From NCBI GenBank assembly GCA_002269645.1, contig NIVC01001090.1:1-64000 (forward strand): a stretch of DNA of 64,000 bases, written 5' to 3'. Position 1 is the first letter of the stretch; every line of letters begins with the position of its first letter. The notes under the pieces were generated by a model. That model ran no database searches, was not told the DNA's origin, and worked only from the letters and a program-made list of their open reading frames with translations. The position numbers were made by a program, and so were the translations under genes. The DNA is from Macrostomum lignano. Its lineage: Eukaryota. Below, one piece after another: positions 37,841 through 48,477 of the stretch.

Positions 37841-38524
37841 TCAAGGGTCTCGAATCAGTAGTCGGCCGACTGCAATGGGGAAATTAAAACAATTAATGTA
37901 GAAAGAATATATGCTTTGTATATGATAAGACGAATTGTGTATACAGTGTAATATCTTACCATAGGTGGGGGCGGCAGAGGCAGAGACACCGGGGGAGGCA
38001 GCACCAGAGTCGGCAGCGGCAGCAGTGGCGGCAGAGGCAGAGACACCAGAGTCGGCAGCAGGGGCGGCAGAGGCAGAGACACCGGGGGAGGCCGCACCAG
38101 AGTCGGCAGCGGCAGCAGGGGCGGCAGAGGCTGAGACACCAGAGTCGGCAGCGGCAGAGTCGGCATCGGCGGCAGAGGTGGCAGGGGCGGCAGCGGCAGA
38201 GGCACCAGAGTCGGCAGCGGCGGCGTTCACACCCCCTCCGATAGTCAGCGGTGGGAGGTCGAAAATCTCAGACCCGGTGTCGCTATCGTAGCTATTACCC
38301 CACGGGATGTCGAAAATCTCAGATCCCGGGTCGCTATCGTAGGTAATAGCCCACAAAGCCCAAGATAAGGCTATATCAGCACCCCAATTTTCAGGATAGT
38401 CAAGTCCGCCGTTTTCTATGCCTATGGGGATTATATGTTCGGGTATTTCACCGTCGAGGGAGGCTAATTCTTCAGATGGGCGGTTTTTATCCCAGAGGGT
38501 GGATAGAGCTCGGCGGCGGGACAT
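37841..38524 (-). CDS. Unknown protein, 227 aa, acidic N-half and Ala-rich repeats (left-arm copy)
   Basis: ATG start, upstream TATATAAC, possible in-frame 90-nt intron; no family recognised. Confidence 0.55.
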   Translation of the reverse strand: MSRRRALSTLWDKNRPSEELASLDGEIPEHIIPIGIENGGLDYPENWGADIALSWALWAITYDSDPGSEIFDIPWGNSYDSDTGSEIFDLPPLTIGGGVNAAAADSGASAAAAPATSAADADSAAADSGVSASAAPAAAADSGAASPGVSASAAPAADSGVSASAATAAAADSGAASPGVSASAAPTYGKILHCIHNSSYHIQSIYSFYINCFNFPIAVGRLLIRDP

Positions 38525-38636
38525 GTTGGAATCAGCAGACTATAGTATCAGGGCTAGGATTAGGGTTTGGCTCTCTAGAGGCTGGCTAGATTAGTTATAT
38601 AGGGAGCCCCGCCGGGTGGCGCGAGCCAATAGGGAA

Positions 38637-39185
38637 CTACCAGCGCTGACTCTCGTCAAACAGATTTTCCCAGGGCGGGAATTGGTAGGGTTTGAGACCC
38701 ACAACCTGGAGAACATCCTGGAGATTTTCTTCCTCCTCCTCAGTCCTGGCTACCAGAGAGGTATCGGTCCTGGCGCGCTTGGCTGGCGGCGGGGCCTTGG
38801 GTTTGAAGAGCTTGCCCAAACGGGCGGCAAACATCCGGCGCCACAGTTCCGGCGTGAATTCAATTGTGTAGCGCCAATTGAACTTTGGATCCCGATTAAG
38901 CCAATTGCGCCGCAAACGAATCCTCCCCTGTGAAGCTTCTGCCGCCTTGAAGCTGCCCAACACGACTCTCTTGTCCACGTGAAGACGTGCCGCAGCCTCC
39001 AGGTCAGGGCGTGCAGCTTCGAGCTTCTTCCACTCGACCTCGCTTAAATAGATTGCTGGGAAGCCGTCCTTCCACACTCCAGCTTCGTCGGTGTAGAGCC
39101 GACGGATTTCAATTAAGTCATGCTCCGTTTCAAATGTGGGCTTCCGCGCCACAAAGTTTTCGTATAGAGCGATAGAAGAAGACAT
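38637..39185 (-). CDS. Tandem PC4-like ssDNA-binding/coactivator protein (left-arm copy)
   Basis: IEIRRLYTDEAGVWKDGFPAIYLSEVEWKKL aligns by eye with PC4 [31 protein letters not shown]; second weaker repeat; upstream TATA. Confidence 0.75.
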   Translation of the reverse strand: MSSSIALYENFVARKPTFETEHDLIEIRRLYTDEAGVWKDGFPAIYLSEVEWKKLEAARPDLEAAARLHVDKRVVLGSFKAAEASQGRIRLRRNWLNRDPKFNWRYTIEFTPELWRRMFAARLGKLFKPKAPPPAKRARTDTSLVARTEEEEENLQDVLQVVGLKPYQFPPWENLFDESQRW

Positions 39186-39401
39186 GATTAGCAGCAGCAG
39201 CAGAGAGCTCTCCGACAGCCGCGCAGCGCTTTATATACCCCCAGATGGAGGGTGGGAGGGTGTGATTTTGGGGTGATTTTGAGTGATTCTGGTTGGTTTT
39301 TTGGTGATTTGGCCAATAATAGACGAGCTAAGCAGGTTTTTAGTATATATTCGGACCCCTAGAACAGGGGTAGAGAGATAATCCTTCTCTCTGTATGCAA
39401 A

Positions 39402-39462
39402 ATGGCTAAACGCAGCGCAGCATCGACTACTTTCCCAGCTGACAAGAGGCAACGTCTTTATG
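39402..39462 (+). CDS. Possible first exon of the polB transcription unit (mirror copy 44971-45031, minus strand)
   Basis: AAAATGGCT start, MAKRSAASTTFPADKRQRLY, GTAAGT donor; phase 1 does not join directly to the phase-0 acceptor at 40556. Confidence 0.35.
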
Positions 39463-39599
39463 GTAAGTTTTAATTAATTTCTATCCGGTTGTATATCAGT
39501 CTAGACGGGTTTTGAGTTGCTGCAGCAGGGAGCTTCTATGAATTGGCAGGGGCAGGAGCAAGAGAGGCGCGATAGAGAGTTGATAAGAGCAGACTAGAC

Positions 39600-40490
39600 A
39601 GGCGGGGGCTAACAAAGAGTTGAGGGGTTTACCGCTGTGACAGCTTCAGGCGCATGCGGGCTATAGAATTCAGAGTGCTGCGACAGGGAGCTTACGAGTT
39701 TGAGTAGGGAGGGGGCGCAAACAAAGAGCAGGCAGGATGCGGCTAGGGTTAAAAAATTGCAGAGAATTTCAGCAGGAGGGTCTACGCGCGAGGGATTATG
39801 AGCCAGGCGGGATAAAAAATGGTGGGCGCTCTGACAGCTGCAGGAGCATGCGGGAATTCAGAGTGCAGCAGCAGGGCATGCGAGTTTGAGTAGAGAGGGG
39901 GCGCAAACAAAGAGCAGGCCGGATAACAGCTGCGGGCTGGGGTTAAAAAAATTGCAGAGCATTTCAACAGGAGGGCCTGAGCGCAAGGGGTTATGCGTGA
40001 GCGCAAACAATGAGCCAGGCCAGATAAAAAATGGTGGGCGCTCTGACAGCTGCAGGAGCATGCGGGAATTCAGAGTGCTGCGACAGGGAGCTTACGAGTT
40101 TGAGTAGGGAGGGTGCGCAAACAAAGAACCAGGCAGGATGCGGGCTAGGGTTAAAAAATTGCAGAGCGTTTCAGCAGCAGGGCTTGCTTGCGAGGGGTAG
40201 CGCAAACAAAGAGCCAGGCAGGATGCGGCTAGGGTTAAAAAAATTGCAGAGCGTTTCAGCAGCAGGGCTTGTGCGGGAGGAGTAGCGCAAACAATGAGCC
40301 AGGCCGGATGCGGCTAGGGTTAAAAAATTGCAGATGCGTCTCGGCAGGGGGGCATGCGTGCGAGGGGTTATGGGGGAGCGCTAACAAAGAGCCAGGCGGG
40401 ATGCGGCTGGGGTTAAAAAAATTGCAGAGCGTGTCGGTGGGAGGGCCTGAGCGCAAGGGGGGGGGGAGCGTGAACAATGAGTCGGTTGGA
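39600..40490. repeat. Degenerate repeats with core GCGGCTAGGGTTAAAAAATTGCAGAG (mirror 43943-44833), probably intronic
   Basis: Variable A-run length breaks all frames. Confidence 0.8.
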
Positions 40491-40556
40491 GTCTGATCCT
40501 GGGGTGCCACGAATTGACAGATTCTTCTGGTTTTTTATCTCCTTGTGTTTTTTCAG

Positions 40557-41243
40557 ACGCGTTTGTCCCGCCTGCCCAACCTGAATTTGTTACCGGACCG
40601 GGTGAGTTATCCAGCCCCCCTATTCCCCAGGCAGACCCGGGCTGACTCACACTCCCCCTTCATTCCCCCTACAGGTTTTACGGCCCGGCTGGATAATCAG
40701 CGCGACCTGCCCAAGTTTAGGGCCAAGGGTGTGGAATATGTGGTAAAGTTGGATGGTACTAGCGACTTACGCGAGACATTTGCCAGTTTGCTCGAAGTAT
40801 TCAAGCAGGATTTGGCTGGTGATGAATTTATGGCCGCGAAATTCGAGAGTGATAATATGCTCAAAGCAGCCCACACTCCCCCGGTGCGTGCGGCCCGCAT
40901 GACAGCAGAGTTGTTGTTTAAGCACATTGACAAGATTGTGCAGTCAGACGCAAGCGTACTGTCGAGCAACTTTTCTATCCGGTTGCTAAAGGCCTGGGTG
41001 CCTCGAGGTGGATGTGCTCTCGAGAACAAGCATCTAGAAGAGAGGCACGCTTTTTCAAAGCACTATGTCCGCATCACCAACACGGACAAGAGGTGCCTGC
41101 TGCGAGCTCTGGTCGTGGCCTGCGCCTATCTGCAATTTGTGGCCAAGCGCATCACCGAGGATGTGTGGCGCAGGATCAAGGCCAATTCACCCAAGCAGAC
41201 TAAGCTGGTGACTGAGCTGCAAGTCGAAGCAGGCCTCTACACG
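40557..41243 (+). pseudogene. polB: pPolB N-terminal exon, duplicated left-arm copy without its downstream acceptor
   Basis: Mirror of 43190-43876; donor GTAAGT at 41244, then junction into antisense polB. Confidence 0.8.
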
Positions 41244-41260
41244 GTAAGTTGTGCACTAAT

Positions 41261-42971
41261 AGCGCTCAGTCTCCTCATAAATCGCCCGCATTGGCTGGTT
41301 CTTGAGCGGGTGCAGCACGTCGCCGTTGGGGAAGCACTTGGGACAGCCATGGAAGAAGCAGCCATGAAACTGCAGCACTGTCCTGGTCTCCGGGTCAAAG
41401 CCATCCACCTTACGGCCCATGGCGAAAGCCTCGCCGCCAGAATCGGCTGTCCGCAACCGGCCGCCAAACTCGGTTGCATTCAAATGTGCCAGCCAGCAGC
41501 GCGCCTTGTGCGACTGTACATCGGACCGGCGGGAAATCACCCCAAGAGTGTTGGGCTCCATAAACTTGGTGGTGAAAACAGCCATAGCCAAGCCCGCAAT
41601 GGTGTTGGATTGGACAAATGCGTCCAGTCCGCAAATGTCCTTAATCAGGCGGGTGTACTTTAGACAGCCTTCCCGCAAAATTAACGTGTCCTGCAGGCAA
41701 TAGTCCAGGTACTCCTTATTGAAATTAAACACCTGTCCCTCCTGCTTGGCCAGCCAGTCAGCGATGGAGTCGTGCTGCTTATTCTTCTTCCCGCCGTACA
41801 TATCAATTGAGCAGTAGGGACCTACGTACCCCCAGTTTTGTGGCTGATTGAACACGTGCGGGAAATCTCCTTTGGTCAGTTGGGTGCCCAAACCAAGCGC
41901 CTTTGGGAATTGCGCCAGACCAATAGGGATAAAGTTGAGGCTGTCCTTGAACGTGATCTTGTCGCACTTCATGTACATTAGGCGGCTGTTCTGGAAGATC
42001 ACCTGCGGCTTCTTCTTGGCCAGTCCGTTGAGTAGGGCGCCGAGCAGGAGGAATGCGTCATACGCAGAGCCATTGTGCGCAATTGCAATTGCCCCCTGCT
42101 TGAACACGCTAGTCAGCCAGCAGTAAAAGGCATCGATAGAGTGCAGTCCAACGGATACAAACTCTCGCATCCCACAGGCACAGTCATTGTGGGAGACACA
42201 GCTCGTAAAATCCAGCGCCAGATTGCGTCCCGCAATGCAATTGGCTGAGCTGTGCAACCCCCGCACACGCTGCAGCGGGGCCTGGGGAAGAGTTTGGGAC
42301 ACGCCTCGCAGGAGGTGGCAGCCGTAACCAAGTGTACCCGGTGCTGCTTGGTCCACGTACGTCTCGAAATCATAGTAAACGTACGGGGCGCTAGACTCTT
42401 TGGCTTTGGGCGGGGTGACAAAGCACTCGTGGGTGGCCGTTTCGTCGTACTGCTTGCAGACTGGACACTTGGCGTAACCACACTGATGCTCGGGGGGCTG
42501 GCCTACTTTCAGTTCTTCTAGATAGCCACACGTGCCGCAAACGTGGACTGAATCACAGCGCGATCTGCCCGCCTTATTCTTGCGCTTGTGATTCTCTAGG
42601 CACTGAGCATTATAGCAATTTAGCCCGCAATCATGGCATCTTACATATGCACGGTTGGCTTTGCAGTTGGAGCCCGGAGTCTTGCATGTACTGCAGGCAT
42701 CAGCGCACTTGTGCTTCTCATAATTGCAATCGAAGGCCATCTCGCACTTGGCGCAGTAGTGATCGGAGCCGAAAAACGCAGGCAGCTTGGTGACCACATT
42801 AAAGTGCTGCTCGACCAGGTGCAGGTGCAGAATCTCGGTGCCAGGCAGGTTGAATATGCACGTGTTGGCCTCCTCTGCCCTGTACACTCGTACACCAAAA
42901 TCGTGGCCTGGATGCAGACGGTTCAGGGCCCGTATCGCCTCGGGCAGAACATCCACCCCAAAAGGACCGGC
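41261..42971 (-). pseudogene. polB: Polinton protein-primed PolB: Zn-finger region, exonuclease and VSR-like insert, truncated before the polymerase motifs
   Basis: ExoI YVYYDFET, ExoII AHNGSAYD, FKDSLNFIP, KGDFPH, ExoIII YCLQD, KVDGFD...FHGCFFHGCPKC; the stop comes from left-arm sequence. Confidence 0.93.
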
Positions 42972-43189
42972 CTGCGAGACGATTTGATGAGTCTGTGTGG
43001 AGGCAAAATATTTCTTTTAGTATTCCTTATCGTAAAAATTCTTATCAGAAAATATAGCTTTTAGTATTCCTTATCGTAAAAATTCTTTTAGTAATCCATG
43101 AAAATACTAGAAACCAGAAACGAAATTCTTATCAGAAAATAAATCTTTTGGTATTCCCTGATACAGTGGAAAATTAGTGCACAACTTAC

Positions 43190-43876
43190 CGTGTAGAGGC
43201 CTGCTTCGACTTGCAGCTCAGTCACCAGCTTAGTCTGCTTGGGTGAATTGGCCTTGATCCTGCGCCACACATCCTCGGTGATGCGCTTGGCCACAAATTG
43301 CAGATAGGCGCAGGCCACGACCAGAGCTCGCAGCAGGCACCTCTTGTCCGTGTTGGTGATGCGGACATAGTGCTTTGAAAAAGCGTGCCTCTCTTCTAGA
43401 TGCTTGTTCTCGAGAGCACATCCACCTCGAGGCACCCAGGCCTTTAGCAACCGGATAGAAAAGTTGCTCGACAGTACGCTTGCGTCTGACTGCACAATCT
43501 TGTCAATGTGCTTAAACAACAACTCTGCTGTCATGCGGGCCGCACGCACCGGGGGAGTGTGGGCTGCTTTGAGCATATTATCACTCTCGAATTTCGCGGC
43601 CATAAATTCATCACCAGCCAAATCCTGCTTGAATACTTCGAGCAAACTGGCAAATGTCTCGCGTAAGTCGCTAGTACCATCCAACTTTACCACATATTCC
43701 ACACCCTTGGCCCTAAACTTGGGCAGGTCGCGCTGATTATCCAGCCGGGCCGTAAAACCTGTAGGGGGAATGAAGGGGGAGTGTGAGTCAGCCCGGGTCT
43801 GCCTGGGGAATAGGGGGGCTGGATAACTCACCCGGTCCGGTAACAAATTCAGGTTGGGCAGGCGGGACAAACGCGT
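43190..43876 (-). CDS. polB: pPolB N-terminal exon, spliced via a 218-nt intron (43189-42972) to the exonuclease exon
   Basis: PRGG...ITNTDKRCLLRALVVA pattern typical upstream of Polinton PolB; GTAAGT donor and CAG acceptor give the in-frame join EAGLYT-AGPFGVD (alternative acceptor 21 nt earlier). Confidence 0.82.
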
Positions 43877-45247
43877 CTGAAAAAACACAAGGAGATAAAA
43901 AACCAGAAGAATCTGTCAATTCGTGGCACCCCAGGATCAGACTCCAACCGACTCATTGTTCACGCTCCCCCCCCCCTTGCGCTCAGGCCCTCCCACCGAC
44001 ACGCTCTGCAATTTTTTTAACCCCAGCCGCATCCCGCCTGGCTCTTTGTTAGCGCTCCCCCATAACCCCTCGCACGCATGCCCCCCTGCCGAGACGCATC
44101 TGCAATTTTTTAACCCTAGCCGCATCCGGCCTGGCTCATTGTTTGCGCTACTCCTCCCGCACAAGCCCTGCTGCTGAAACGCTCTGCAATTTTTTTAACC
44201 CTAGCCGCATCCTGCCTGGCTCTTTGTTTGCGCTACCCCTCGCAAGCAAGCCCTGCTGCTGAAACGCTCTGCAATTTTTTAACCCTAGCCCGCATCCTGC
44301 CTGGTTCTTTGTTTGCGCACCCTCCCTACTCAAACTCGTAAGCTCCCTGTCGCAGCACTCTGAATTCCCGCATGCTCCTGCAGCTGTCAGAGCGCCCACC
44401 ATTTTTTATCTGGCCTGGCTCATTGTTTGCGCTCACGCATAACCCCTTGCGCTCAGGCCCTCCTGTTGAAATGCTCTGCAATTTTTTTAACCCCAGCCCG
44501 CAGCTGTTATCCGGCCTGCTCTTTGTTTGCGCCCCCTCTCTACTCAAACTCGCATGCCCTGCTGCTGCACTCTGAATTCCCGCATGCTCCTGCAGCTGTC
44601 AGAGCGCCCACCATTTTTTATCCCGCCTGGCTCATAATCCCTCGCGCGTAGACCCTCCTGCTGAAATTCTCTGCAATTTTTTAACCCTAGCCGCATCCTG
44701 CCTGCTCTTTGTTTGCGCCCCCTCCCTACTCAAACTCGTAAGCTCCCTGTCGCAGCACTCTGAATTCTATAGCCCGCATGCGCCTGAAGCTGTCACAGCG
44801 GTAAACCCCTCAACTCTTTGTTAGCCCCCGCCTGTCTAGTCTGCTCTTATCAACTCTCTATCGCGCCTCTCTTGCTCCTGCCCCTGCCAATTCATAGAAG
44901 CTCCCTGCTGCAGCAACTCAAAACCCGTCTAGACTGATATACAACCGGATAGAAATTAATTAAAACTTACCATAAAGACGTTGCCTCTTGTCAGCTGGGA
45001 AAGTAGTCGATGCTGCGCTGCGTTTAGCCATTTTGCATACAGAGAGAAGGATTATCTCTCTACCCCTGTTCTAGGGGTCCGAATATATACTAAAAACCTG
45101 CTTAGCTCGTCTATTATTGGCCAAATCACCAAAAAACCAACCAGAATCACTCAAAATCACCCCAAAATCACACCCTCCCACCCTCCATCTGGGGGTATAT
45201 AAAGCGCTGCGCGGCTGTCGGAGAGCTCTCTGCTGCTGCTGCTAATC

Positions 45248-45796
45248 ATGTCTTCTTCTATCGCTCTATACGAAAACTTTGTGGCGCGGAAGCCCACATT
45301 TGAAACGGAGCATGACTTAATTGAAATCCGTCGGCTCTACACCGACGAAGCTGGAGTGTGGAAGGACGGCTTCCCAGCAATCTATTTAAGCGAGGTCGAG
45401 TGGAAGAAGCTCGAAGCTGCACGCCCTGACCTGGAGGCTGCGGCACGTCTTCACGTGGACAAGAGAGTCGTGTTGGGCAGCTTCAAGGCGGCAGAAGCTT
45501 CACAGGGGAGGATTCGTTTGCGGCGCAATTGGCTTAATCGGGATCCAAAGTTCAATTGGCGCTACACAATTGAATTCACGCCGGAACTGTGGCGCCGGAT
45601 GTTTGCCGCCCGTTTGGGCAAGCTCTTCAAACCCAAGGCCCCGCCGCCAGCCAAGCGCGCCAGGACCGATACCTCTCTGGTAGCCAGGACTGAGGAGGAG
45701 GAAGAAAATCTCCAGGATGTTCTCCAGGTTGTGGGTCTCAAACCCTACCAATTCCCGCCCTGGGAAAATCTGTTTGACGAGAGTCAGCGCTGGTAG
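45248..45796 (+). CDS. Tandem PC4-like ssDNA-binding/coactivator protein (right-arm copy)
   Basis: As the left copy; TATATAAA at 45196-45203. Confidence 0.75.
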   Translation: MSSSIALYENFVARKPTFETEHDLIEIRRLYTDEAGVWKDGFPAIYLSEVEWKKLEAARPDLEAAARLHVDKRVVLGSFKAAEASQGRIRLRRNWLNRDPKFNWRYTIEFTPELWRRMFAARLGKLFKPKAPPPAKRARTDTSLVARTEEEEENLQDVLQVVGLKPYQFPPWENLFDESQRW

Positions 45797-45907
45797 TTCC
45801 CTATTGGCTCGCGCCACCCGCGGGGCTCCCTATATAACTAATCTAGCCAGCCTCTAGAGAGCCAAACCCTAATCCTAGCCCTGATACTATAGTCTGCTGA
45901 TTCCAAC

Positions 45908-46591
45908 ATGTCCCGCCGCCGAGCTCTATCCACCCTCTGGGATAAAAACCGCCCATCTGAAGAATTAGCCTCCCTCGACGGTGAAATACCCGAACATATA
46001 ATCCCCATAGGCATAGAAAACGGCGGACTTGACTATCCTGAAAATTGGGGTGCTGATATAGCCTTATCTTGGGCTTTGTGGGCTATTACCTACGATAGCG
46101 ACCCGGGATCTGAGATTTTCGACATCCCGTGGGGTAATAGCTACGATAGCGACACCGGGTCTGAGATTTTCGACCTCCCACCGCTGACTATCGGAGGGGG
46201 TGTGAACGCCGCCGCTGCCGACTCTGGTGCCTCTGCCGCTGCCGCCCCTGCCACCTCTGCCGCCGATGCCGACTCTGCCGCTGCCGACTCTGGTGTCTCA
46301 GCCTCTGCCGCCCCTGCTGCCGCTGCCGACTCTGGTGCGGCCTCCCCCGGTGTCTCTGCCTCTGCCGCCCCTGCTGCCGACTCTGGTGTCTCTGCCTCTG
46401 CCGCCACTGCTGCCGCTGCCGACTCTGGTGCTGCCTCCCCCGGTGTCTCTGCCTCTGCCGCCCCCACCTATGGTAAGATATTACACTGTATACACAATTC
46501 GTCTTATCATATACAAAGCATATATTCTTTCTACATTAATTGTTTTAATTTCCCCATTGCAGTCGGCCGACTACTGATTCGAGACCCTTGA
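45908..46591 (+). CDS. Unknown protein, 227 aa (right-arm copy)
   Basis: TATATAAC at 45831-45838; possible in-frame intron 46473-46562. Confidence 0.55.
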   Translation: MSRRRALSTLWDKNRPSEELASLDGEIPEHIIPIGIENGGLDYPENWGADIALSWALWAITYDSDPGSEIFDIPWGNSYDSDTGSEIFDLPPLTIGGGVNAAAADSGASAAAAPATSAADADSAAADSGVSASAAPAAAADSGAASPGVSASAAPAADSGVSASAATAAAADSGAASPGVSASAAPTYGKILHCIHNSSYHIQSIYSFYINCFNFPIAVGRLLIRDP

Positions 46592-48477
46592 GGAGGAGGC
46601 GGCATGAAACAACACTGAGGAGCGGCTGGAGGTTTACTGGGGTTTGCGGTTTTTTCTCCCTGTACGTGATTTTCCCTGTCTGCGCGGCACTTGAGATAAT
46701 AAAACCTATTTGGAAGCTCCCCTGGGGAGAATTCTCTTTGTATGCGGTCTGCTACCTCCACTGTGCATTGGGGCGGTCTCTGTTACTCCTCTCTGCCCGC
46801 ACTGTACATTGGGATCCCCCGGCCCTGGGGAGGAATTGAATTTCTCTATGTTACTCTGCCCGCACTGTACATTGGGATCCCCCGGCCCTGGCTCTGGGGG
46901 CGTGTCTCGAATATCCTGGGCTGGATATTTTACTTTGCACCTACATTATATGCTTAATTTTGCATGCATATGTTGTATTATACTTAACTTCCAGTGTGTG
47001 TATTTTATCCTATGCATTGAAATTTGTGCCTGCGGGTTAATATGCAAAATGTTTAAAATCTGCCTACATTATATGCTATGTAATTTTCCTGTATTATACT
47101 CAATTTGCACCTACATTTTGTGTATGTATGCACCTGCATTATACTGTGTGTATTTCCGCCTATGTTTTATTAGCGCCTACTACACTAATAATGCGATATG
47201 TACCTGCTTTGTCTATTTCTGTCAATATAATATGCACCTACATGGTGTGTTTTTTGCTGCTCATATGCATCAATATGTACATTTTAATATGCATTATGCA
47301 CCATTATTTACACCTACCAATATGTTTTGCCTACTATTTTTATGTAAATATACACAATTTCACCTACTATAAGTAGTTTTCACTAGCCTAATATCATTGA
47401 CTACATATCTGTGTATGCATACATATCGGGAGAGTGTACTGGGGAGAGTGTACTGAGGAGAGTGTACACTCGGGGTGCCTGCGGCATGGGAGAGTGTACA
47501 CTCGGATGCCTGCGGTTTGGGAGAGTGTACACTCGAGTGCCTGCGGTTTGGGAGAGTGGAGCGCCTGCGGCATGGGCGCCTGCTGCTCTGGAGGGAGGGC
47601 ATACATATCGGGGTACATATCGGGAGTGCGCATACATGTCGGGAGGGTACCCCTGCGGCATGGGCGCCTGCGGCATACATATCGGGAGGGTCGCCTGCGG
47701 CTCGGGAGGGTGCACATATCGGGAGGGTGCAGTGCGCCTGCGGCATGGGCGCCTGATTGGCGCTTGGCGCCACGCGCCTGCGGCGCGCGCGCCAATGAGA
47801 AGCGAGGTGGGTTGACACCCACCCCACCTCCAAAAACGCCCGGATCTGCCGGCCCTTAGTAGTTACAGGAATTCCAACTACACTGCACGGTACCCACAAA
47901 TAATTCAAAAGAAGAAAAGATCCCAAGTCCGATCAACTGACCAACTTGTCCAAAAACGCATTTTCAGTATATTTCTAAACCAAGCGAATCAAAATATTCC
48001 CCGACTCTTCGTCCACGCCCCCCTTAAGTTTAAGGATCTCGGCGACGCACCCGCGGCGGAGCGCGCATGTATACCATTGTAAAGTTTGCCTCTTCTTCTC
48101 GGGTTCTCTAAGATGTTCCTAGAAAAATAAAACCCGCTGCTCCAGAAGAAGCTAGATAGCACCGCAGTACTACCTATCGATTTTTGCCTGAAAATGAACC
48201 TAAAACGTTGCCGTGACTTGGTAGGGTTGCTGCCACCTTGGTGTGCGGACTCGACGCGTCGGCAGAGTTGTCTATCCGTCACCTGAAAGAAAAATAACAA
48301 AGTCGCTCGGAGCAAAGGCAAATCTGAAAAATGTCTCGACAGTCGATCGTCTTAGTAGAATGCTGCTCGAACCTGAAAACCTGAAAACCTGAAATGAGAG
48401 AGGAGAGCTCGGAGGCAGCTCCGGTCGAGCCCAGGCAGGACGACACGATCTGGAGAAAATTGCTCGCAGATGCTCCG

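Larger units (their letters stand above)
36570..41260. repeat. Left arm of 4,691-bp inverted repeat
   Basis: ORF-track coordinates mirror the right arm (sum 84433); two 1-nt indels located (~37550, ~38612). Confidence 0.97.
36570..47863. mobile_element. Non-autonomous palindromic Polinton/Maverick derivative, 11,294 bp, 6-bp TSD TACAGG (36564-36569 and 47864-47869)
   Basis: Symmetric ends ACTACTAAGGG...CCCTTAGTAGT, TSD, protein-primed PolB fragment; no integrase, ATPase or capsid ORF seen. Confidence 0.92.
43173..47863. repeat. Right arm of 4,691-bp inverted repeat
   Basis: Mirror of 36570-41260. Confidence 0.97.

Noticed and set aside
40545-41663. 372-aa ORF as a novel protein
   Set aside because: It is the duplicated polB exon reading through the junction into antisense polB sequence.
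36570-47863. Giant palindrome as a long-read chimera or assembly artefact
   Set aside because: Symmetry stops exactly at element-like ends, the flanks are direct continuations of one target repeat with a 6-bp duplication, and the spacer is unique. Raw-read confirmation is still needed.
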